Below, one piece after another: positions 15,561-34,185 of a stretch of 64,000 nucleotides of DNA. The notes beneath the pieces are model-generated. The model was given only the letters and a program-made list of their open reading frames with translations, made no database searches and was not told the DNA's origin. The stretch comes from the human T2T-CHM13v2.0 reference genome, Homo sapiens: the NCBI RefSeq assembly GCF_009914755.1, contig NC_060930.1; one strand, written 5' to 3'. The position numbers were made by a program, and so were the translations under genes. The stretch's first letter is position 1. Every line of letters starts with the position of its first letter.

Positions 15561-17592
15561 TAACAGTTCAAACTGCCAACTTCAATTTAATCACTATAAA
15601 ATGATGCAAGGATTTTTTTTTTTTTGGTTAATAAAACTGTATCTGTTTGAGTTTGTTTAAAGAGTGATGTTCATTAATTAAGGCATGCAGATGTTAAAGG
15701 AATAAACCGCAGCACCACACTGCCCTTTACTCTAGAGAATGGAGGGTGAAAAAAAAAGAGGTGTTGTTCTTTTGCTTTCTAGATATAAGGCTTTGAGTAA
15801 CACTTCTTTTCAATTTTACCTAGCAGCACATTTGGGATGTAATGATTTCTAAGTTTGTTCTTAAAGAAGCTGCTTCTTTGGAAATGGGTTTTTGTCTAGG
15901 GGACTTTTTTTTATCAAGTTATAATTAGACTTCACTTAATACACCCATAAATTTGTAGCCTTTTGTTTATTGCACAGGTGTTCTGATATTCTCCTGTTCC
16001 AACAGGGCTAGTTTGAATAACCAAAAGAGCTTTTAGATATTGGCAGAAAGGCACCTTAAGTCCTTTAACTTGCAGGATGGGAAATTGTATAATTCCCTAG
16101 CTATCATAATATGTGGGAGAAATAGCTGTTGAGGCTTTCAATTTTGCTTCTGCTCTACTGGTGTAAACTAAAACGCAGAAGCTCAGAATTCAGGATCCTA
16201 AAGATGCACTTTTCTCAGAAGTGTTTATTATAACAAGTCATAAAGGAGAGAGGTTTAATGGCAGTAAGAAACTGGCAACATTGTAAAGGGATTTTACAAT
16301 CCACAAACATACAACAAACCTCTGAAATATGTACTTCCTAAACATTGTATTTTTAAAGCTTACATAGACATCAAACTTAAAATGCAACGGATATAGCTAT
16401 CTCAGGAAAAATCAACTCTCCATAGTTAAGAAAGAAACAACCCTGACGTGTATTTAGGGGACTCACTCAGCAGGGCAGCCACTGTGGTATTCCTCCGGGA
16501 AGCCCCCTTTGGTGTTTGCTGTCAACAAGGTGCATGTTAAGGCATCCACCTGGAGAGTGACAGGGATACACTCCAACAAGCAGAATTATCAGCCACTCAC
16601 CCTGATGACAGCTCTTCTTTCTCCAGAGCTTAAAGACTTGGGGCAGACAAAGTCTCACTTTAACAATTTCAAGTTGGTTTAATACACAAGAACAAAAAAA
16701 GATGAGATTCAAAAATACCCTTGGCCACTTTAGAATGGCAAAGAGAATTACAAAATGTCATTGTTGAAACTGAATCACTAGGTGCAATATTCAGATTTAT
16801 CCTCTGGAAAAGATTGGATGTTCCCTGCCAGGTGTTTAATCAAGAATACAAATCAAAATGGGCAGTAAAATGCTTACTTTCAAAGAGCTGTGTTAACTTT
16901 ATAATCTACTCACACACCAGTTAGGCTCTATAGTGACTGACTGATGGCAGAGACAGAAAAGAGTTAATTCACTGCTGGCAAAAATCCCTTACTCAGGACC
17001 CACACACTATCTTATTAGAACAAGAGAACTACAAATAGACCTACATTTGTCTGTCTTTGGGGTCAATAAAAAAAATTTAAAATATATTAATACATGAGCT
17101 TTTGCAAGCTATTCTTGTTTGCTTTTCAAACTTTTTAAAAATTTAAATTCTAAAATTTATTTTTTTTAATTCTAGAAATAAATGTGAAGCCTGGTTTTTA
17201 GGAATACCTGTAACAATCTCTCCCTAGGAAAATAAAGACTCACATAGCCCTTCAGGAAACATGGATAACATTAAATAATTCATATGTTTTGAGACATGAG
17301 TTATATTTCTGATATTGGGTATTTATAACTCCCTTTTGAAGTTCATGTTCAGATTCAGATTTTACAATATCACCATTACAGCAAAATTGGGATTGTGACT
17401 TGATTATATAAGACCACTTATCCTTACCTTTGGACTTATATTTTGTTTTTCAGTTAAACAAAGGAAGGCGTGTGGAACACTCAACATTGTGGGAAAACAT
17501 GTAGATTTTGGATACACTGGATAATCTTAATGCAATGTAGGTACACATGAAGTCAGAATTTGGTTGCAAGCTATAATTAATTTTCAGAAATA

Positions 17593-17690
17593 CTTTCCCT
17601 CTCTCCCTCTCCTCTTCCTTCCTCTCCCTTTTTCTCTTTTCTCTCCTCCTTGCCATCCCCTCTGTTTGCTCTCCCTTTCTCTCTTTTTCC
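17593..17690. repeat. Polypyrimidine/polypurine (CT-rich) tract
   Basis: About 68 consecutive C/T bases followed by a CT-rich extension. Confidence 0.9.
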
Positions 17691-18603
17691 AAATTAATTT
17701 TTGTCTTAGAAATGCATAATGATAGACATCTGAGAAGCCAGTGGTAAAGTCACTAATAATATACATAAGCCAAGAGATTATTGGAATTACCCAGTTAAAT
17801 TATTTTGACTGGGCAATTCTACAATAACTGGGAGTCTTTCTAAAAATACTCTGTTGCCAGACTAATGTTTTTCTTTAAGAAATTGTTTTTTGCCTGAGTT
17901 GACAAAATCAATGAAGCTCTCTACTTTGGAATTTTCCAATTACATGATGATGCCTCTAAAAGTTTCAGTCTATTCAAGTTTAGTTGATCTTATCAAAATA
18001 TATGAGAAATAACTTAGTGTCTATATTTGTACATACCCAATTTTATGAGTGAAGATTCATATTAAATGATTTTGTGGCTCTTTGTCAAATGTTGAATACT
18101 TTTCAATGTACTTAAAATGTTGAAAAGCCATCATTTGGTAAAAGGAGAAATAATAAAGCAAGGGTCAAGTCATTTGACTCATTGGGAAAATCAAAACAAA
18201 CCGAGTGATATATACATAATGCAATTTGAAGCATTTTTTATTTTTATTAAATTACAGCACAGAGAAGGGAGTAAAAGTGGTTTCTGCTTGGTTTAGGCTG
18301 AAATGACCTTATTTTGTTCTTACTGTTTGAGAATGCCCACCATAAATGAATACATTTCCATAAAATGCCCGTAAAACATACATGCATGTTTAATCCTTGA
18401 CTTTTTACGATGAGATTGCTGTATTAGCTGAAGTTTTAGTCACTCTTCTGCATCCATAGTCTTAAACATTGTATTTTCACAATGTTTAATCTTTTCCACA
18501 TCTCTGTTAGTATGAGCTTAGAGAATTTAAGTAAACTTAATTGTATTGGGGTCTGTGGATAGTTTTAAAAACTAAAAATAAGCAGGTTTTAAATATGCCA
18601 CTT

Positions 18604-24859
<6,256 letters not shown>

Positions 24860-25055
24860 GCCACTTCATTGTTTCCTCCATCAATCACAGCTAGTTGAAA
24901 TTATATAATAAATTATGTATATAATATATGCTAAATCCCAAGCAGTTTAAGCATAATTTAACCATAATTTGAAATCAGTTACTTGAAATCAGTCCCATGA
25001 AATCAATAGAAGGAATAAAAATCTCAAATTATGTTTGGAAGATAATTGTCTAGAT

Positions 25056-25246
25056 TAGTGGTCTCCAAGCTTGTTTAATCTTGCTTCACAGACATTATTT
25101 ACTTAAAATTCTATACATCTTCTCATATAATGTAGACCTCATGAAACCCACAAAAAATAGAAATTAAAGGATCGAGATAAAAAGAGAATTAATATTTTCT
25201 TCCAATATCACAATGGAGTCTGTATACTCCACTCTGGGAACCATTA
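25056..25246. mobile_element. Possible hAT-Charlie-type MITE relic
   Basis: The ends tagtggtctccaa and tgggaaccatta resemble Charlie terminal inverted repeats. Confidence 0.35.
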
Positions 25247-25377
25247 GACTGGTATACTCTTTGAAAGCCTTGTCATGTGAGAAAGAAGAATTCCTTGGTT
25301 TAATGCTGTTATTGCAGGAATTCTTAGAGTTTTTACTGTGCTACCGCACATGGTGAATTCCTGAAAGGGCAATAGAG

Positions 25378-25597
25378 TACTGTGTAGTGATCTAAAGAAA
25401 GACAAGTCAGAGATTCCAGATCTGGGTCTGCCACTCATGAACAATATCACTTTAGACTGGTTATTTAAACTCACTGAACTTCAGTTTTTCCATCTGTACA
25501 ATGGCAATAATGATGTATCTCCTTGGGTTATTACACAGATTATATAAGAAGATGAATGTAAAGCACTTAGTCCAATGCCTAGCTTATGGGTATCTTA
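25378..25597 (+). mobile_element. MIR
   Basis: ctgaacttcagtttttccatctgtacaatggcaataat...tgtaaagcacttag. Confidence 0.85.
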
Positions 25598-25789
25598 TCG
25601 CACTAGTGTACTGTGAAAAATACTTCTGGAAATATTTCAGATTAGACTATTCACTCACTGATTATATTATTAAGATACTTTTTAAAATTTCACAAATACT
25701 TATGATTATCTCCTAAGTATAGGTGTAGTAGTAGGCTCAGGGCAACAGCATACATAGCTGAATATTCTGAAGGACTTTTAAATTATTTT

Positions 25790-26080
25790 TAACTCAGAAA
25801 AAAATTTCAGAACCTACCATGTGTCAGACACCATGTACTGCTCTGCAGATATGATGATGGCCGAGGCAGATAGGGTGTCTACCTTCATGAAACTTAGAGT
25901 ATGAGGAAAGGACTGGTATGATTTATGGCCAGTGTTTACAAGGTAAATGCAAAATAGTTTAAAGAGTGTTCTGATAAAGGGTGAAGAAGATGGGGGCTAT
26001 TGGGTTAGCTGAGGTCTGCCCATGCAAAGCTTGCACATCATTTTAAACAGTTCTTACTTTATCCTAAGGAAAATAGGCCA
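25790..26080 (-). mobile_element. L2 fragment
   Basis: cctaccatgtgtcagacacc...gtctaccttcatgaaacttagagt. Confidence 0.6.
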
Positions 26081-27194
26081 CTTTCAAGGTCAAAGGGATG
26101 AAGGGACAAAATATTAGAAAACACACAATATAAGCATGTCACTGAATATAAACAAAAGCTTGAACAAAATAACTTCACAGTTTTTCCTGTGGCAAAAATT
26201 TACTCAGACTCTAATTAATTTTTTGTTTCAGTGAAGTTTTTTTTTTTTTTTTTTATGTATCACAAATGTGTTTGTGCCTTCCGTTGCTTGCTAACTGGCA
26301 GGTGCATCACATTAACATAGCTCTTAAACCAACCAAGCAGAGCCTGATAGGTGTGGTGGGATCTGACAGTATTCATTTGATATGAAGCAATGACTCTTTG
26401 CTAAAGGGCCTGGACTGACAGACCTGCAAGGTAAAAGTCTCTGGTGAGCTTGAGAATAAACTACAGAGGTTTACTTTCCACACATGGTCTGCAAGACCAA
26501 TTTGCCATAAGTATATTCAGGAGAGACCACTCTGCCTTCTGTGAATATATAGTCTCTCTATTTTAGACCTTTTTAAAAAGCAGGAAATGCTTCTGTCGGA
26601 AGGGAGAATTCTGTGAGGTTGCTAAATAATGACAAAGTGCTGGAATAAACAGAAAGGAGAACATTTGGCCTTGAGAGTTTAGTGTTCTACTGACAGTCAG
26701 TGTTCTGACAGAGGCAAACAGTCAGAGTTTGATAGTGAATAGTCTGTTCTCTGTGTAAAAGTGGACAATAACAGATGTGTAGCTCCCTAGGAATTGAGAT
26801 GTAAAAATCTGCAAACTAATTTGGTTTCCATTTAGTGTAAGTAGAAACTGCCTCATGGAAATAGTTTTAAGATGAGAGGTAATGGTTCAAAAGAAATATA
26901 TAAAATATCTTTTCTTATTATTTTGCTAACTTAGAAAAATATGGTTGTATATTTTTCTGCTTCCCATGATATTTCTTTGGATTAAAAAATTTTAACACAG
27001 TTTCACTGGATTGCAAAAATGTATTTTATAAACTTATAATTTATCAAATCTATTAGACTGAAATAAGATAAATATAATACAAGAAATCCTGGTTTTGTTT
27101 GAGAAGGAGTCTAAGAGTTTATGAACAAAATCAGATACACTTAATAAAACATATTGAAATATGTAGTTCAGGGAAATCTTGACACTTATATCAC

Positions 27195-27640
27195 GATTAG
27201 ATTTAGCTCCATATAACAGACAACTTATTAAAAAGCAGAGGTTTAAGCAAAATAAATTATTTCTGTCATTAACAGAAAGTTTCTTACTGAACATTTCCAG
27301 GCTAGTATGGTGGTTTTATAGTTAAGGATTTAAACTTCTTTCATCATTTTGCTTCACCATCTTAGCATGTATCTTTAATTCTCAAGGTGACTTCGTAGTC
27401 CGAGATGACTTCTGGAATTCAAGACATCTCATGGACATTCTAGACTTCAGAAAGAAGGAAGATTTGGAGGTCATGCTACTCTTCAAGAGATTTTCCAGAG
27501 GTCAATATAATACTCTAACACTTCTGCTTACATCTGATTTTCCAGAATTTAGTCCCATGGCCACATTTTAAGCTCTAAGGGAGGATAGGAAACTTAGCTG
27601 GGTACATTAGTGACCCACGTACAATCAAGAGTGCACTAAT
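27195..27640 (-). mobile_element. MLT1J/K-type MaLR solo LTR
   Basis: acttctgcttacatctg...agaatttagtcccatggccaca...aagggaggataggaaac. Confidence 0.7.
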
Positions 27641-28483
27641 ACAGTATTTGTATCTGTATGAGATGAGTATCTCTGGGCCAGTGTCCAGAGGATTCCCTGA
27701 AGTGCCCGGCTTACTCTTCAAAGCCATAAGTACTATTTCTCTGACATGCACGCAATTGCTAGCTCTGTCAAGTGGTAGAACTTTAAGTGTATGTTTCCTA
27801 GGGTGCTCCATGACCACCGTGTGATGGGGTCCACGTGTGCTCAGTGTGCATTTTCTGGAGCTGGAGACTTGAACTGGATGCTACTCAAGCACTACTTGTT
27901 TGCCAATAAGTTTGATGTGGATGTTGACCTTTTTGCCATCCAATGCTTTGATGAGCATCTGAGACATAAAACTTTGAAGACATTACAACACTGACAATTA
28001 CAGGCAATTTTATGAATAATAAGGAGGATACACAAAAAATATCCTTATCTGGTTCCTCTTCCTTGTCAGCAAGCATCGGGAAAATGGTATGAAGTCCTCT
28101 TTGGGGTGGGGACTCTTAGTTTTCTTGTCAGAGAAGCTGCATGTTTTCTGCAGAACACCATTGGCTAGATATGTGATAGCATTAAATGTTCACCTAAATT
28201 TAACGTGAGGGGGAGTAAAAGTAGCCTTGAGGCCAGAGCAGGTAGCATTCTGGAAAGAGGGGACCAGGGTGCCTGGGGAAGAGGCCGATGCATAAGGTCA
28301 GCCTGTTCAAAGAGCTCAGGGACTTAGCAAAACGAGAAGATTTCACCTGTGCCAAAACTATTAAGAATTTTAAATGTGACAATTTTCCTGGTATCAATAA
28401 ATTTATAGCAACAAACAACCATAAAGATACAATTGATCTGATATGTTGTATTGAAATAGAAATTTGATTTTACTGTAAATTAT

Positions 28484-28580
28484 TTGGCTAGGCTGGTCTT
28501 GAACTCCTGACCTCAGGTGATCCACCCACCGCGGCTTCCCAAAGTACTAGGATTACAGGCGTGAGCCACCATGCCTGGCC
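28484..28580 (-). mobile_element. Alu fragment (5' ~97 nt of the left arm only)
   Basis: ggctggtcttgaactcctgacctcaggtgatcc...gtgagccaccatgcctggcc, with no right arm and no tail. Confidence 0.9.
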
Positions 28581-28660
28581 CATCAAAGCTATTTTTTAAG
28601 AACTGAAATGTGTACACTGAAATACACATTTATAAGTGCTGCTTTTAAATATGTGCCAAC

Positions 28661-28680
28661 CTAACTTTTTCTCTCTACAG
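28661..28680 (+). other. Strong candidate 3' splice acceptor
   Basis: Branch-point-like ctaac, a pyrimidine tract tttttctctcta, then cag|. Confidence 0.45.
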
Positions 28681-29423
28681 ATGCTGAAGTAGAGGGAAAA
28701 AGTGAAAGGCAGGAGGTGCTCACTTTTTCCCTGAGCAAGAGGAAAGGCAACTTCCCTCAGTTCTTATGGAATAAAAAGTGCAGGCCATTCAAAGTCTGCC
28801 TTCAACAGAGAGAAAGAGGAATCACTTTCTTGAGCACTTTTTTTCTCATTCCTGTCTCCTTGCTCCTGTCTGGGATTAGGCTTGACCTTTTAGTATTTCT
28901 TTGTAACAAGGAACTGGAAAATAAAGATTAAAACATGGTGGGAAATGAGGGATACTAAGATGTGTTGAACGGTGGGGCAATCAAACAGCTGTTGAGTTGG
29001 AGAGAGAAAGCTGGATCATATCAGAGTGGATGCTATCAAAAGAGTTATGAGCTTAACATGACAGAAAATTGCATGTTCTTGAAATATGCCATTACAAAAT
29101 GCCAGCCTGACATTAAGCTGCTTTATAGAGTTATCATGTCCCTAAATAGCCTGGTGATTATTCGTGTCCCTGGAGCTCTACTTTCCTCCCTGATTTTGTA
29201 ATACCTTGGCTTGTCTTTAATCACTGCAGAGTGTCACCATCTTAGAAAAATTCTTAAAAGAAAATTAATTTTGATTTCCATTGATGTCCTAGAGAGTTTT
29301 TTTTTTTTTTTTTTTTTTTTAAATAGCTGGGATGGAGATGCAGCCTTCTGTCCCACAATGACAGGAGGTAGCAGTTTCCTGTAAGGGTAAGGATCCTACT
29401 TTGACCACCCTTAAAAAACAAAA

Positions 29424-29648
29424 GCATTTTCTATATGCCCATTATGTGTTAAGCACTTTACATGCATTATCTCATTTAATTCTCATAAAACCTATAAGGT
29501 AAGTTCTATTATTAGACTCATTGAAATTGAAGTACAGAGAGACCAAGTGACTTGCCCAAGTCACTCAGCTGGCTAGTCAGTACTAAAATGGGAATTTTAA
29601 CCCAGGCAGATTGATTCTGGAGCCTATTCTTAGGTAGTTACACTGCTT
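29424..29648 (-). mobile_element. MIR
   Basis: aagcactttacatgcattatctcatttaattctcat...aagtgacttgcccaagtcac. Confidence 0.88.
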
Positions 29649-29949
29649 TCCTCAAGGACCATGTTCCATTGAGAGGCCTAAGTTGGGAAGATAAGGTAAA
29701 TTATTATGAAATATTTATAGAAAGGACAAAAGAGAGCAAGAGATAACGCATTCCACCTTTGTCTTTAGAATGGTGTGGTTAAGAAAACAAAAAAACCTGG
29801 GCTGGGCTTTATACATTAAGAGAACATTCTAATAAATGCTACTGCCACCAGAAAAAAAAAAAAAAAAGAAGAGATTATTCTTGCATAAGGAGAGGCAACA
29901 GGAAGTGTGAATGAGGAGCACAAATGTGGAAAGTAAAGCTGTTTAAAAA

Positions 29950-30055
29950 GGAAAGCAGCTGCAAACTTCCCATCTGCAGTGTTTGTTTGTCTCGGCTCCG
30001 GTCATCACTGCCACGATTACCCCTGGATGAATTCCTCAGTGGAAATATCAACAAG
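29950..30055 (+). ncRNA. Candidate (first) exon of a spliced long non-coding RNA
   Basis: Non-repetitive segment with several CpGs, ending in the donor AAG|GTAGGA (30056). Upstream are an ETS motif caggaagtg (29899) and a TATA-like tttaaaaa (29942). The gene is not identified. Confidence 0.5.
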
Positions 30056-30539
30056 GTAGGAAATGTGATAATTATATTTTCTATTGTCCCCCAAAGAATA
30101 TATTAAGATGGTAGATATGGACATAATTTGGAAGAAAAGTGCTATGTAGTAGACACAATTGCTGATGAAATAAAACTAGCTGATTTTTCATCCTCTGGTA
30201 TTAGCAAAAAGGCAAAGTCCCAGATGTTATTCTGTGCCTCTTCTACAGTGTAGTTGTAATTGAACAACAGCTAGGCTTATTGGATTGCTTTTTGCCTTTC
30301 TTTATAAAATAAATATATATTAAGTATATTCTAGACAATCTTCTAGAGGTCATAGTAGTAACAGTGAATGATCCAATAGATGGCTTGGGATATCACCTCA
30401 TACTAGTTGGTGGGGTATAGAAAGTATTGATGCCTGTTGATGTAAAAAAGGTTTCTGGAGGGAGCTAACACTCGAGGGGGATTTTTTTGTGACTCAAAAA
30501 TATTGAATATTGATATGTGATGGAATATTGATATGTTAA

Positions 30540-30956
30540 GCTCTCTTTCTATAACCTCCAGCTTTTCTGATGCTGTCACCTAAGATGCCTGCTAAAGCTT
30601 GTACTCTCAGCAGTCTTGCATGGCAATCTAGAAGTGTGGGAATATTAATGTCTTGTAGGGAAACCTTCAATCAAAAAGAACCATGAGACAATGGTCAAAC
30701 ATTTCTCTCTTTTGCCCCTTGGGCAGCCAATTGTGAGACTTTTTGTATAGCTCCTCATAAGATCTGAGTGAAATCACGCACAAGTTGCCCACAGTGATGT
30801 TCAATGCCCTGTGCGCCTTTGCACTGACTTTCTCTCCTACCCCATTTTATTCTCACTAGATCTTCTCTCCTATTTCCTGGAATCATTTCCTAAGTAAACG
30901 ACCTGAATGCAATTCTTATCCAGGTTCTATTTTTATGGAGGTCCCAGACTAAGACA
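30540..30956 (+). mobile_element. LTR16-like ERVL solo LTR
   Basis: atggcaatctagaagtgtgggaatattaatg; 3' end cccagactaagaca. Confidence 0.7.
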
Positions 30957-31059
30957 ATGCCACATCATAATAGGAGCAACATCTATGGGCTGAGAGATGA
31001 GAGGAGTGTTTGTCAGGGTATGGTACTGGCATTTAATATGGCTTTCTCTCCTCTACCAG

Positions 31060-32590
31060 ATATCTAAATATTGGCATTGTGGAAGGTTTCTCTAGGATTT
31101 ATCTGCTCTTTTAAAATCTTCTTTTCTTTATCTACACTTTCTCTTCTTTATATTTCTCTTCTATATTTTCTCCTTAGACAATCTACAATTCTGTGGTTTT
31201 AAACACCACCTTTATTTTAATGATTCCCCTGGATTATACCTTTAGTCCTTATCTTGCTTCAGAGCACCAGCATCATATATCCAATTGTCTACATATCATC
31301 TCCCTTTGGATGTCTAACTGGCATCTTTTTCTTCATTTGTACAAAATAAAACTCTTGTTTACCTCCCAATATAATAAACGGTTTCCTACAAAAGAAGCTT
31401 TTATGCCTCTATTCTTTTTCATGGCACCACCATCTACACTATAGTTCAGACAAAGAAAACCTGATGTTGTTCTTGGTTCTACCCTTTTCACACTCTTCCC
31501 AGCAAGTTCTGAATATTATATCTCCAGAAGAGATTTAAAATTTGTCCACTTATCTACATCCCCACTGCCATTGCCCTTGTCCTAGGCATAATTATCTTTT
31601 GTCAGGACCACTCCAATAGTCTTATAAAATCTGTTAGAGATAATACCATCAGAATAGTTTAAACAGATACACAAAAGTCACTAGCCCTTTTCAAGCCTTT
31701 CAACGGTTTCCTAAGGCATCTGGAAATAAAAGTTAAAAATCTTTCCATGTTCCCAAGGCCCTATATGATCTAGGCCCTGCTAACATTAGATTTTTTCTTC
31801 TTGTACACTATTGCTATAGACTGAGTGTTTATGTGCCCCCTAGAATCACATGTTAAAACCTAACTGCCAATGTGATGGTATTTGGAAATGGGGTCTTTGA
31901 GAGGTGATCAGATCATGGGGCAAAGGTTTCATAAATGGGATTAGTGCCCTTATAAAAGAAACTCCAGGGAGCTAGTTAGTCCCTTCCATGTGAGGACACA
32001 GTGAGACTGCTGTCTATGAGCCAGGAAGTAGTCCTCACCAGAACCAAGTTCACTGGTGCTTTGATCTTGAACTTTCCAGCCTCCGGATCAGTGAGAAATA
32101 CATTTCTGTTGTTTATAAGTCACCCAGTCTATGGTATTCCATTACAGCAGCTGGAGTGAATGAAGACATTTATGCACCAGCTACAGCAGTATCTTTTCAT
32201 TCTCCAAAAAGCCCAGCTTCTATCTTTCCTCAGGGTCTTCCATTTCCAAACCTTCTACCTGGATAGTTCCTTTTCCTGCTTTTCATGGGCCATACTCCTT
32301 ATTCTTTAGGCCTCAGTACAAATATCTCCTCCTCTGAGAGTGATTCTTGTCTTGGTGACCTGTTAAAATGCCCTCCATCCCAGTTACTGTCTATCACTAC
32401 TTGTTTATTTCCTTCATAATTCTTCTCAGAAATTTTGTATTGTGTTTTGAGCCATTTTTATTTTCTTTTTATCTTTTCAATTAGAAGGTAAGCTCTGTAA
32501 GGTCAGAAGTCTTATCTTTCTTGACAAGTTTTACATTGCTAAACTAGATCTGGCAACTTTGTGGAATATAAATGAATAGGATAATTATTT
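31060..32590 (+). mobile_element. L2 element, interrupted by MLT1A
   Basis: catatatccaattgtctacatatcatctccctttggatgtctaactggcatctt; 3' part agggtaagctctgtaaggtcag. Confidence 0.75.
31812..32168 (+). mobile_element. MLT1A/MLT1A0 MaLR solo LTR
   Basis: TG...CA ends; tgctatagactgagtgtttatgtgcccc...tgggattagtgcccttataaaaga...cccagtctatggtatt...gaagaca. Confidence 0.88.
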
Positions 32591-33824
32591 TGAGAAATTC
32601 TTCCGGATGGGTGCATGTAGGAATCTTTTTTTAAAAAAAAAAATTTACACTGAGGCAAAGAATCTAATAATGTCAATTTTTCCTGTCTCAATAATCTATA
32701 CATCCTTGCATCTTTGAAACCCTAATGAGACCAGGAGAGGGAAGTAAACAATCATTTTTTGTGTATGTGTGAATACACAAAGACATTCTTCTAAATCTTT
32801 ACTTCTTATTTTATATGGTCAGTATTATTTTCAAGTAGGAAGCAAAACCGATGATTCATCTCTTAGTAATCAAATTTATTATAACCAATTATATTTTTTC
32901 AATAGCTTTTATCTAAATAGAATGATTACATCTGAGAAGCATGAGATTTTTATGGGAAAGGACACAACTTCAATTCTATTCAGTCTATAATGTTTTCTCT
33001 TTTTATAAAAATGACTTGGCTAACTTCTTGTAATATAACCCTGCCACACACAGAATGAAATTCTTAGTACTTCTTAACTCTTCCCCTCTTAAGTCATTCT
33101 GTCTTTCAGATACACACAAATTCATTGTCTCAATTCCTTTCAAAGACCCATGTATCCGAAACTTCAATACCTTTTATTTACAAATGCTTCTTTTACTCTC
33201 GTTTCAGTTTTCATACCTGCCACATCAGGATGTGGTGCCCAGCTTTTTCATGTCATCACAGGCTGGATGTATTTGCTTCATTTTGTGATTCTGGGGCAGA
33301 GGGCCCTGAGTTCACTTTGGTAGCCTTATTCTAAAATTTGGTGCCAAATATCACAAGTGTCAAAGGAATAAATGTTTTTTATTTTTATGGTGAAAATAAT
33401 GATAAAGCAAGTCCAGTCCTGTGTTGATTAACTATTAATACCAATTTTTATTATTTCTGAAAATATCTACACACATTTATGTATATCACAGCTAACATTA
33501 AATTCTTAGGCAATTTTTTTCTTAAAATCTTATATTAGAGCATCTTGCAGCTTTTTGTAATTTAGGATTTCTCATACTGAATTTTCCTAAAGAGAGACGC
33601 ATGTCTATTGTTTATGATTTAGTTTCTTGATATGTAATAACTGTATCATGGGTTTTGTAAAGCAACTGGGCTGTAATGCATAGATTTGTTAATATTGTAC
33701 TCTCGGTTTGCCAAAATGACATGAAATAATTTGATTTTATATATTGCTCTTGATGCCCCTTGTTACTCTCTTATACCTAGCTAGACTTTGAGATTTTACA
33801 ATACATAGATTTTCTGTACTCTAA

Positions 33825-34185
<361 letters not shown>

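Noticed and set aside
17454-17540. Plus-strand exon after ttttgtttttcag
   Set aside because: Stops in all three frames and a weak donor (gtacac).
17450-17766. Charged E/R/K-rich ORFs
   Set aside because: Artefact of the purine tract on the minus strand.
29950-30055. Assigning a gene symbol or chromosome
   Set aside because: I cannot identify the locus reliably from the sequence alone.
30507-30537. gaatattgatatgt direct duplication
   Set aside because: Ordinary short slippage duplication with no sign of function.
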